Shown in pieces: positions 1 to 10,385 of a stretch of DNA of 64,000 nucleotides. Below the pieces are notes generated by a model. The model worked only from the letters and a program-made list of their open reading frames with translations, did no database searches and was not told the DNA's origin. Source of the stretch: Cyanophora paradoxa CCMP329 (Eukaryota > Plantae > Glaucophyta); the NCBI GenBank assembly GCA_004431415.1, contig QPMI01000064.1, positions 344,345 to 408,344 on the forward strand, given 5' to 3'. Within the stretch, counting starts at the first letter, position 1. Every line of letters begins with the position of its first letter. The translations under genes and the position numbers were made by a program.

Positions 1-1665
1 CAAGGGACCCGTGCAGCATGCTAGGCTGGATGCCGCGAGGTCGTCCCCCAAGCTCGCCCACCGCCAGCCCGTCGCCCCTGAAAACGATAGAGGGTTAATG
101 GCGCCGGAGAATTCTAGAAGAAAACGAGGGCGAAAACACACCCCAAGTACACGTAATCAGGCCCAAGCATGCCCACCCGCTGAGCGCTCTCGAAGATACT
201 GGACTGGTTGCTTGCACCCGAGAAAATAGCGATGATATACACGGCGTTCTGTTTTAGGGCCAGAAGCTGCTGCGTCTTGTCGGGATTTGCTGCGGTCGAC
301 TCGGCGCGAGACAGGGGCAGTTTGATATCCTCCGGCATACCGTCGGAGAAGGTTGCGAAAGCAGCCACCCGGAGGCCGATGTTCTGCGCTTCCGCGATGA
401 ACGCCTGCCCAAAACCGTTAGGAAACGACGAATTAGGCACAGCACGCAGCGGCGGAGCGCTAGCGGGCCTTGGCGATGCCCTGGCCGTAAGCCTGCCCGA
501 AGGCGTTAGGAAATATACATATATAGGCGAAGGGTAAAAGGGGCTCAAAGCCTACATCATTCGCGTACAGAACGCCGCAGGAGCGCCAGCCGATATTGTA
601 AATCGTGCGGGCCAGCGCCGGACCCTGGAACACGTCTGAAGGGAAACTTTCGAATTCAGCCCTCGACCGTGGCCTGCAGCGGCCTAGGCACTGATCATGA
701 GCTCGAGGGGGTTTCCCGAACCGCTCGGAATGTTTCTCAGGAAGCTGTCGTACTGTCGACATCGGAGGCGTCAACATTTGGAAGGCGCTGGCCACGGCTC
801 GCTACAATTTAATAGGCAGAGGGCGAGAGAGCGAATGCGCACCATGGATTTTTGACTGAGATCGGGGTCCGTAGCTGCCGGGCTGATTTGCACGAGCCGG
901 TAGGGCCGCAGGAGGTAGGCCACGGGTTTTGCCACGCTGCTTATCGTCATGCCTGCATGGCAGATCTAGATCAGGCTGTGAAGGGTGTGGCGTGGCGGAC
1001 GTGGCGGGCGCAAAGACCGACGACGGCGGTGAGGGAGTTTTCTAAGAGCGCGACCGACTGCTGTGGGGTATTCACGGAACCGACTCCCACGTTGAATGTT
1101 CTGCCCCGGCCACGCAAACCCGGTCAGTGGCAGTGGGGCAGCGAAATTAAAGAGATCTAGAGGGCGGGATTCTAAGAATAGATGGCAAAAAGGATGCGGA
1201 CATACATAGGCTCGATAAGGTGGTTGGGAAGGATGCTTGTGTCGTTGTTGACCAGGTCGCAGGCGAAAATAATTCCAGCGCTGCGCGCACGTGTACATGT
1301 GCATGCGGTAGTTCCTACATCAGCGCATACGCGTATACACGCAGAATACAGAGCTCGAGAGCGAAATGCAGCACAAAATCTCCCACGCACCCAATGATCC
1401 TTCCGCCATTGCTATCTGGGATGAACACGCCCAGCCGGAACTTCCCCTGCGTCTTTCCGACCGCCGGCAGGGGCCGGTTCGGTCCAACGCGCGCTGCTGA
1501 TGGCACGCCCTGGGACTCGGCGCGCTGAAGCAGACCCGCTATGGCCAGGAGAACGATGAGGAGAAAGGCGTTGCAAGGGGCCAGCTGCAGGCCCGAGCGA
1601 AAGGCGCGTGCGCAGCCCGGCGCCGCTCGGGCTGGGCCGAGGCCGCTCGCCGGAGTCCGGCGCAT
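1..1665 (-). CDS. Receptor-like protein with periplasmic-binding type 1 (ANF-receptor/Venus flytrap) ligand-binding domain; multi-exon, runs off the left edge
   Basis: ATG at 1665, then a signal-like hydrophobic stretch (AFLLIVLLAIAGLL). Exons read FRLGVFIP, GIIFACDLVNNDTSILPNHLIEP, SDVFQGPALARTIYNIGWRSCGVLYAND, FGQAFIAEAQNIGLRV and IFESAQRVGMLGPDYVYLG, matching GABA-B/iGluR-ATD/ANF-receptor patterns. Confidence 0.8.
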
Positions 1666-2503
1666 GCTGCCGCAGTGCAGCTGCAGTTGGAATGATGAGC
1701 TGACCGTCGACGTCGGACGCTGCTGTTCAACGGTTTGTGCCGCAGTGCAGCGCGGTTGCAATTGCTGCTGCTGCTCAGCCTGATTTAAATCTGCTGGCGA
1801 AATTGCTGCAACGTAAAAACGTGCAGCGTGCAGCCGCTGAGCTGCAGGCCAGCTGCACAGCCTGCACTGCTGCTGCAGCTGCCGCGGTGCGGCAGCCGGC
1901 GCCTGCAGGCATCAGGCTTATAATTACTAAGTTAGCGACCGTCCGACGGTCGGACGTAGCGATAGTTATAGCTATTGCATCAGACTTTGAGCGCAACGTA
2001 GTTATAGCCTGCAGGTTCAACGGTCACCGGCCCTGACACCGGGTTGCAGCAACTTGCAGGCTACTTGCAGCTTGCAGCTGAGCTCGACGGCTGCTCGAGC
2101 CTCGAGCGCCGTCCCGAGTCCGCGACGTTCTGAAGTTATCAGATTTATATATTCTAGCTCATGTATAGCGATAGATCGATATCTCGCGATTCCGATCTAA
2201 TTATATAAATCATTGAATATCACAGTATACCAAGTATCACCTGAGGAGTCAGTGACTCAGTGCCACGTGCACGCACTGCACGGTGCACGCCGCAGTGCGG
2301 CCGCACGGTGAGGATCCGGAGTCTGAGGTCCAGACTGAGGACGTCGACGTCGACCAGCTCTTCAGTCTGTCGATCGGACGCGCGGCCACGCGCCGGCGCC
2401 GGATCCGGATCGGATCGACCGCCCGGACCGGCCCGGGAAAGGCCTCGGATTAGACTAATAATTATAAAGTATACTGCCATAGTACAGACTATCATAGTAT
2501 ATA

Positions 2504-2732
2504 CTGTAAAACATGCAATATCCAGCGTCACTTTATTTCGTCAAAACCCGAAAAATGCGCCGAAATTGTGGTTCGTCGGCATCATGTTTTCGGCAACACA
2601 GCCAGTCCGCCTAGGCGGCGGGTACATTGATCCTTTTTCTGCCATACATCTGCACAATTCTGGCAGTTTCAAATATTCGGCATCGCAATAGCGCCGAATA
2701 TTAAGTGCCGCCGGAGATTTCATGTTTTACAG
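2504..2732. mobile_element. MITE (Tc1/mariner-type, TA TSD)
   Basis: Left TIR ctgtaaaacatgcaatatccagcg; right TIR reverse-complemented is ctgtaaaacatgaaatctccggcg. TA flanks at 2502-2503 and 2733-2734; 229 bp, non-coding. Confidence 0.85.
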
Positions 2733-2821
2733 TATGAGTCGGACGCCTGATCGGCGGTGATCACCGACTCGACGCCGAGTCGGCGACTCCGATGAGTCCG
2801 ATCGCGATCGTGACTCGCGAG

Positions 2822-3868
2822 TAGGGCTGGGTTCAGTCACTGTCAGTCAAAGTCAGAGGGTCTGACTGACCCGACTGAGTCACCAAATTGGCCGACTGAG
2901 ATTCTCTCAGTCCCATATAGGGCTGCGCACAGTCCACCTCAACCCCCACCCGGTCGGTGGGCCCGCTGACTGTTACCCGCCGGTGGCGGTCGGTACTACT
3001 CGGTAGAGGTGGGGTACTTGCTGCAGTGCGTGAAAATTGACAGGAAATACGCTTAATTCTGCACAGCTTCAAGGCGCTACGCGCCTACTCTGTTCCCAAC
3101 TGTCTAAAGCAAGTGCTTTGCAATTGGGGCGAGTTCAAGCCAGTTGTGGGGGAAGCCGGGGTGGTTGATGCTCAGGAGGGGTACGGGATATCGCGATCGA
3201 TGGCGTCAGCTCCCTTGGGCTCCGTCGGATTGAAGAGCGCAGGAGCGCAGGAGAGCAGGAAGATGAACTAAGCAGAACTTTCCTGGCCTGGGTGCACGGA
3301 ATATGTAACTTTCGCGCGCGAGAATATGAAATTTTCGCGAGCCTACCCCCCTAGAATTTTTATTTGTATGGTACCGGGCGTTGTATGGCGGTGGGCCAGA
3401 CTTTCCACCCGGTCGGTCGGTGGCAGGCTGCCACTGCCACCGGCCGCCACCGGCCCAGCCCTAGTCCCATACAAAACCCTGCTGGGAGCGTGCCCCCCTG
3501 TGGGCTTTTTCCATCTGAAGCTCGACGTGGATCGACCTAACAAGGATCTTCTGTCATCTTACCTCCAGAAAAACAACGAATTCGAAATCTGAACGAAACC
3601 GCCCGCGCTACATATAACGAGGCTGACGGGGGCCGAATTCCTTTCACCAGTGTTCTTAAGCTTTGCTCGCCTAACTTAATAGTAATCACTCCCTACTGCC
3701 CGCGCATTGTGCTTGGCAATTTCGATGGATCGCATCTGGGTCATTTCCGGGTCATTTTCCTCAGTTTTTGCACGGTAGCCTGACTGAACCTCAGGTTGAC
3801 TGATTCAGTCACAGTCAGGGGGGCTGAGCGACTGGGTCAGGGGTGGAGCCTGACTGAACCCAGCACTA
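2822..3868. mobile_element. Non-autonomous hAT-type DNA transposon
   Basis: TIRs tagggctgggttcagtca / tagtgctgggttcagtca (rc). Perfect 8-bp TSD ctcgcgag at 2814-2821 and 3869-3876. Confidence 0.9.
2918..3463. mobile_element. Second non-autonomous hAT element nested inside the first
   Basis: Ends tagggctgcgc...gcccagcccta. 8-bp TSD gtcccata at 2910-2917 and 3464-3471. Confidence 0.85.
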
Positions 3869-4104
3869 CTCGCGAGGCTCGGCGACTCGGCGACTCGACG
3901 GCGAGTTGCCAATTGCAAGTTGATCGGACTCGATCCCGGATCCGAATTCGAATTGATAGCATGCAAATCTGCGATCGATCGATCGCCGAGTCGACGCCGA
4001 CGTCCGACGGACCGGCGACGGTCGACTCGACGCCGAGCTCGAGTCGGCAGCCGCGCCGGCGGTTCCGATCAGATCATTATGGCATGTTCAGTTACTACCA
4101 TATA

Positions 4105-5190
4105 ACAAAATATTAATGCGCTCGATATTAATGCGTTTTTGGACCCGGACCCCGGAATTACTTAATGCGTTTTGAAGCTTTTTGGCGCGATAGGGGGCCG
4201 GGTACATGCATATGTACATACAACCTTCTTAATTGGCGAACCCGGGAAGGGCGCGCAACGTAGGTCGGCGGGGCGGGAGAAGCGCCCGCCGGGCGCGCGC
4301 CCGGAGGGCACAGGTCGCCTCAGTAAGGTCTAGAAGCGCTTCTAGCCGCTTAGCCGCAGTGTCCGTTAGGCGATTCGTTCGTCGGCGGGCGCGGTTGGGC
4401 GTGCGGCCCCCAGGTCAGATCAGCGGTCTCAGCAGTGCTCATTGCCTCTAGTTCGGGCTTCTCTGCGTCGGCGCCGCTCTGCGCAACAGCGCCCGCGCGT
4501 TCCAGCATGTCTAGGCGCAAATCTAGCGAGGGCGGACCAAGCTGGCCGCGGCAGTAGGAGGAGCGACGCAGAGAAGGGCGCGGTGCTCGGGCTCTGGAGG
4601 AGATGGCGTGCTGCTCGGCTCCCGCCGACCAGCCTGGGTTCCCGCCGGGCATTGGCGATGCCGCGCCCAGCTGCAGCTGCCCGCGATGTTGACGCGCGGC
4701 TCGCTGCGCGGCGCTGCAGCTCGGCGGCTGGCGGCGACTCTGGACTCAGCGCTCGCCGTGGAGGCGGCTGAGGAGCGCGGCTCTTGCTGCGCGACCACCA
4801 GTTTTTCATCCGGGCCCTAACTAACGGGGCTCCGGTTTTCTGGGCCTACATCTTTCTGCCGCGCTCACTGCTAGAGGACCGGCGCATATTATGTTCTGGA
4901 GACGACTCGGTAGACTACAGCTAAGGCACTAGCTCGACACGACTACTAGCTGTAGCACTCTTGTTATCTATCTCCTCTTGCAGTCAGCATCTCAGTATCC
5001 GGTAGGCGTGGAGCCGCCGGAGCGGGAGACTGTTGTCAAGTGTGTACGAATGCAGCAGACTTTCAAAAAAAAAAACAACCTTCTTAATTGGCGTTTTGTT
5101 ATTAATATTAACGCGCCCCCAAATTAATGCGTTTGAGGCAGAAAAGTTGAGAAAACGCATTAAATTGGGACGCATTAATTAATATTATTC
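4105..5190 (-). mobile_element. Degenerate CCGTA-family MITE copy split by a retro-insertion
   Basis: 4113-4238 plus 5094-5185 together align to the reverse complement of the 45951-46197 MITE (ttaatgcgtttttggacccggacccc; ttaatgcgttttgaagctttttgg; gcgcccccaaattaatgcgttt). Confidence 0.75.
4239..5075 (+). mobile_element. Non-LTR retroposed insertion (SINE, 5'-truncated LINE or retrocopy)
   Basis: A11 tail at 5065-5075. 18-bp TSD caaccttcttaattggcg at 4221-4238 and 5076-5093. Confidence 0.85.
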
Positions 5191-7244
5191 TGTTATAATT
5201 ATGCGGTGCTACCCAAACTTACCCCCCCCAAATGTTTTGTTTTTGAATCTTATAAAAAACAAAAACAAATCACAAAAACTCTCAGTTATCATGAGTCAGT
5301 GAATCGACAGTGATCATGAATGCATATCATATGTATGTCGGACTCACAGAGTCACAATGCACGTGTCTGATCAGAACCGCCGGCCGCCAGACTCTGAGAC
5401 TAGTACTGGTGCCACTGGGGCGCCACTGGGCCAGTGGCCCAGTGCCCGCCACTGGCTCGCGCGCCACTGGGCCAGGGCCCAGGGGGCGCCACTAGTCACT
5501 GAGTACTGCCGCGCCAATTGCAACCGAGGCCCAACTTCCGCCCAAGGGCCGACCCGGCCGAGGCCCGAGGCTCGAGCCTCGGAGGCCCCTGACTCAACTT
5601 GAGGCCCGCAGGCTCCGCAGCCTGCGGCCGCTCGACTCCCGCTGCGACTCGGCGAGTCCCGCAGCACTGCGGCTACCGTAGTACCGGTATCATAGTATTG
5701 CCACTGTTTTCTTGCAACTCCCGGCCGAGTTGCCACAAGTTGCCCCCATCTTGCAACTGCCGCAGTGCGGCCGCCAACTTGCGGCGCCCAGTCACTTCAT
5801 GATCAACTCACTTGATCATGAAGTTGGGCGCCAATTGCAACTCTCAGACTAATTGAATTCGAACTCGCCGAGTCGGCTGCGACTCCGAGGCTCGGCGGCG
5901 ACTCGAGCTCGCCGGCAAGTCGCGATCGGCGCCCGGCAGGCCGCGGCGGCGGCCAGGTACGTCGGCTGTTGGCGCTAAGTTCGCCGCCAATTGCAAGCGC
6001 TAGCGGCGCCCGGCGGCCAAGTTGCGCCGCCAACATTACTAAATTATATATAAAGTTAACAGCGGCCAACTCGAGCTCAGTGACTTGTGGGCCAAGTAAG
6101 TCGTGGCAACTTCCCCCGGGCCCGGGCCCGCCAACTTGGCAACTTGCCAAGTTGCTCCAACATGTACAGCCTCCAAGTCGCCGCCAGTGGCCCGGCGGCC
6201 GGGCCCGCCAACTCGGCGCCAAGAGGTCCGCGCCCCAACGGACCTGGCAACGGTGCGGTGTCGGCCCGGCGGTGCCACGTTACACTGCCAACACTGCCAA
6301 GTACTAGTCGGTGGCACTCGGTGCTCCAGCGCCGGTGCATGGCGGCTTTGAATTCAAAGTAAGCGGTAATATCGGCCTTGGGGAAAGGAGAGGCCCTTAG
6401 GTCTGTTGGTCACTTGTCACAAAATTTTAGAAAGCGAAATTCGTATTTTTGAAGACACCTGCTACCCCATTTTAGACCCTGGGGAGCACGATGGTCCGGC
6501 CCGTTTTCCTATGAGAGGCCTCTAATGGGCAGTAACAGCACGTCGAAAAGCATCGAAAAGCATTTTCACGAAAAGCGCAAATAACATTGGTCGTCCGAGT
6601 CGAAATTTGAAAATTATTAATTTCAAGAGACCGCACCCCATTCGCTAGGAAATAGTTTCCAAATTAACGGAGCGCCACGGGGCCGGCCAGCAAATTTGTA
6701 TGAGACAGAGTCGATGTGTGCCACGAGGTGGGTTTTAAATATACTTGATGCGTTAGTTGAAAGATTATCAAAATAAACAATTTAGACAGAGCCTTATTAC
6801 TGCGAATTACATTCAAATGATTCATAGATTATTATTAACCACCTCCAAAAAGCGCCGAAAGTCGTTTTCAAAAATATAAGCTGAGACGACCAATGGGCCC
6901 CTCGGGGCCTGTACTCGGTACAATTGCGGCCGATTGGGCCCCGCATCGATATCTGTACCCTTGCGACATAATTTTGTACCCTCTCACTTGAGTGTGTACC
7001 CTTGCCGAGTGGACCCCCTTCTCCTCCCCCTCCCCCGTAACCGCGCGCGGTTGCGGGCCCCCGTTTTAAAACAAAGAGCTGCCACCCTCACGCCTTGAAG
7101 CCCCAAGACCCAAGGCCACTCCTGCTCCGCAGGGACTCGCTTGTCAATAAACCGTGCGCGACGCTGCGGCGACAGAGCTAGAGGCTAGAGCAGGTGAAAT
7201 CAGCGCTAGCAGCCATAAATTTCAAAACGGCGAATCAAAGCAAA

Positions 7245-7815
7245 TCAGCAACTAAGCTATAAGATCTACACCGCATCGGCACTCGAGCTCGCTACTACTA
7301 CTGAGTCGCTAGCTGTGCTCGCTGTACGTCACTCGCTGTCAGGCTCGGGGTCCTTGCGGGGCCATCCCCTCCTCCTGGCGCCCTTCAGGGGAAGCGGCGG
7401 CGTCTGCGGCGAAGCGGGGCGGGGCGGAGCGGGGTGCGGGGGTGAGCAAGTCAACGAAGTGAGGTGGCTCTGGTCCGGCGCCAGCGCCAGCTCACCAGCA
7501 TCAAGGGGGGTAGAGACTCGGGCTCGGGGGCCTCCCCACCCAGGCCCAGCTCCTCCAGGGGTACGGGCGGCTCCTCGCAGGGCTGCGGGGGTACGCGATG
7601 AGACTCTTAGGAGAAACCTGAGAAGGCAGGGGGGGGTACGGCACCCTGAGGAGGGAGCGGAAGTTGGAGTACTCGTCGACGGAGGTGCGGGCGACTCGTT
7701 CGGCGAAGGCCGAATCGGAGGGGGAGAGGGCCGACGACAGGGAGACGCGGGGGGTACGGGGTTTCGAAGAATCCGGGTCGGAAGGGGAGGAGGAGTCCGG
7801 GGGCTCGGGATCCGG
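7245..7815 (-). pseudogene. Truncated duplicate of the 3' end of the mTERF gene
   Basis: Near-identical to ~14690-15245, including introns, the last exons (SLSSALSPSDSAFAERVARTSVDEYSNFR; GWPRKDPEPD) and the 3' flank. The upstream exons are missing. Confidence 0.85.
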
Positions 7816-8146
7816 GCTCTCATATCTAGAGTTTCCCTCTGGACAAATGATCGAGCTCTAGATCTCGATTTCGATCATGTCTGAGGGGTGGCCTCCTAGG
7901 CCTTAGGCATCCGAGCTCTCACCACGTGCACGCCCCGCCCCGCCGCAGACTGCGGCAAAAGTCGAAGCCCCCGCTTCTCCTGAAAGGCACCGCAAGTTCC
8001 TCCTGCCTTCCTGCCAAATTTAAAACGTGCATGTGGTAGCTAGAGGAATGTGCGATATATACATCTTTTGCTTCGGCGGCGAATTAATTGAAATCTACGA
8101 CAAATTAAAACAAATTATATGTAAACAGTAACCAAAGGAGTGAACG

Positions 8147-10240
8147 CTAAGCCCTCCCTGAAGCGTCCCTGCACTCCCGCTTGTGCGTCTTCCAGGCGGC
8201 CCCCTGCGGCACGCGTACGGCGCAGTCGGCCGCGAATGAATTCGAAGCGCCACCGGTTATGGTTCGGGACTGGAGAGCGCACATGGCAGGCCTGGTCGCA
8301 GTAGGCGACGGAAAGGCAGCGGCCGCACTTGCGCAGCCCGTCCTTCGCGAGCTGCTTCCCACAGGCCCCGCAGCGCCACGCCTCCAGCTTCGCGATGTCG
8401 CCCCGGAAATCCTTCATTTTCGCCGACTCCGCCTCCATGTGCGCTTCCGGGCGGACAAAGTTTCAGATGCAGCGACAAAGTTTCAGATGCAGCGAAACGC
8501 AGCAGGTCTCTCCACGCACCCATCTTCTCGTCCTTGAGCTTGAACGTATCTCGCAGCAGCGAGTTCATCATTTCGGAGACCTTGATCATTCCCTCGACGG
8601 GCCTGTCCTGGCGCCCGCCTAGGAAATCCCCTATCAAGGCGTCGTGCTCCGTGATGCCCCGAAGGTGCAGCTTGTTAAGCGTGTCAAACCACGGCTGCAA
8701 GGCGAGCGTGTCAAACCACGGCTGCAAGGCTTAAGCGTGTGGGCATGCTCACGCACCAGGTACTTGATCGGAGGCTTGGCCGGCTCCGAGGCGGCGGGCC
8801 TCGCCCCCCGGAGCGGGGGCGACCGGGCGGCGCTCGGGTGCGCTGCCAGCTCGAGGAGCGACGCGGCGGCGGCGGGGAGGCCGGAGGCCCAGTCGTCAAG
8901 GCGCGCGGACGGGGGCGGCGGCGGAATGTCCGTCAGCCAACCTTCGAGGTCGAACCTGCGCTCTTGTTAGCATGCTCAGCAAATTGGGGAGCGGTGAAGA
9001 CTGAGCGATCACCAGAAATCGGGGAAGCGCGCGACGGGCTCGGACGGCGCGGGGGCCCACGACCCCGCGGCCCACTCGCGCAGGGCCGCGAGCCGCCTCG
9101 CGCTCGCCCTGAGCCAGGCGCCGAAGGGCGCCGCGAGGGCCGGCTGCGTCCCAGGGTGGCCCGGAGCAACGTCAAGAGAACGTAGGCGACCTCGCCGACG
9201 GCGCGGGGCCCCTCCTCAAGGGCGGCCTCGGCGGCGGCGGCGAGCGCGCCGCTCTCCGCGAGGCTGCGGGCGACGGCGGGGCCGTGCCGCGGGTGCCGAA
9301 CGAGGGCCCGCAGGAGCAGAAGGGCGTGCCATCTATGGAAAATCTCGTCAGCCGCCTGTGCCACCGCCAAGCGGCAGCGGCAGAGTGCGCACCGCGTCTC
9401 GAAGTCCGCGTCGACGGCGAGGCGGGCGGCGGCATCCGCGAGGGCAGCCGCGTCGAAGGGGCCCGCCGCGGCGACCGCGAGCGGGTCCTGCGTCGGGACG
9501 CCCCGCGCCGCGAGGGCCTCCAACTGCGGACGCGGGGTCAGGCTAAGGAAAGGCGGAAAAGAGCAGACGCGCCTGGACGGTCGTCAGGCCGGCGGGGTTC
9601 GGCGTGGGCGGCGGGAGCGGGACGGTGGCCTTCTCGGCCCTCTCCGAGGCGGGGTAATGCTCCGCGGAGAGGGCGGCCGACATTGCGATGCGCGACGCCG
9701 CAACGACCGCCGCCCGTCGGATCGCGGCCACCGTCTCAGGCAGGCGGCTCAGGTACGTCTGAGCGGACCCCAAGCCAAGGTCAAGCTTAAGCAGAACTGC
9801 GGACGGGAAATCTGAACGGAGCGCACCTTCCCGTCCACGCGGCCGCGCGTCACGATCTCGACCGAGTGGCGGCTGTAGCGGCCGGCCTGCATCGCGTCCA
9901 CCGCCTCCCGCCGCAGCCGGTCGGCCGCCAACCCCAACAGCGCTGCCACGGCGGGCCCCGCGCGGCACAGGATCTCGTCGGCGAGGTCGGGCGCGGCGGA
10001 GGCGAAGGCGGCGAGGGAGCGGAGCGCCTGCATGCGCTCGATGGCGAGGCCCTGGCACGCGACGCGGGCCAGCGCTGGCGCGGCCGGCCGCAGCAGCCGC
10101 AGGCCCTCGTCGGCGGGAACAAGCGCTCTGCGCGAGGCAGCGTGGTGAACGGCTGGATTCGCAAGGGGTCCGCAATCACCAGCCACGAAGGGACGCACTC
10201 GGCGAGATAGGCTGCCTGCCCATTCAATCAGAACATGCAA
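8147..10240 (-). CDS. MYND-type zinc finger protein (multi-exon; start approximate)
   Basis: C-terminal CGACGKQLAKDGLRKCGRCLSVAYCDQACH...AAWKTHKREC is a canonical zf-MYND. Upstream exons are Ala/Leu-rich and helical. Confidence 0.8.
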
Positions 10241-10385
10241 CGGGCGATGCGAGAAGAAGAGAATGAGAGCTTTAAATTCGAGGCCGAAGTTATAATCATA
10301 GTAATATAATGAAGTATACGTATACGTATAGACGTAGACCGGTTTTATTCCTGAAAGCTTCCACGTACGGTAATGTAGCTATAGT

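Noticed and set aside
5000-5064. 5S rRNA-like 3' end in the retro-insertion
   Set aside because: The resemblance is too loose and there is no full-length 5S structure.
1780-6360. Synthetic polylinker/vector contamination suggested by dense restriction-site palindromes
   Set aside because: The pattern is diffuse across all spacers and inside TE copies, with no vector backbone features.
6360-7090. AT-richer block resembling a non-autonomous transposon interior
   Set aside because: No TIR, TSD or second copy could be found in the window.
8455-8730. 20-bp and 27-bp tandem duplications in the MYND gene
   Set aside because: Simple local duplications; the 27-bp one is in frame and the other appears intronic, with no further significance evident.
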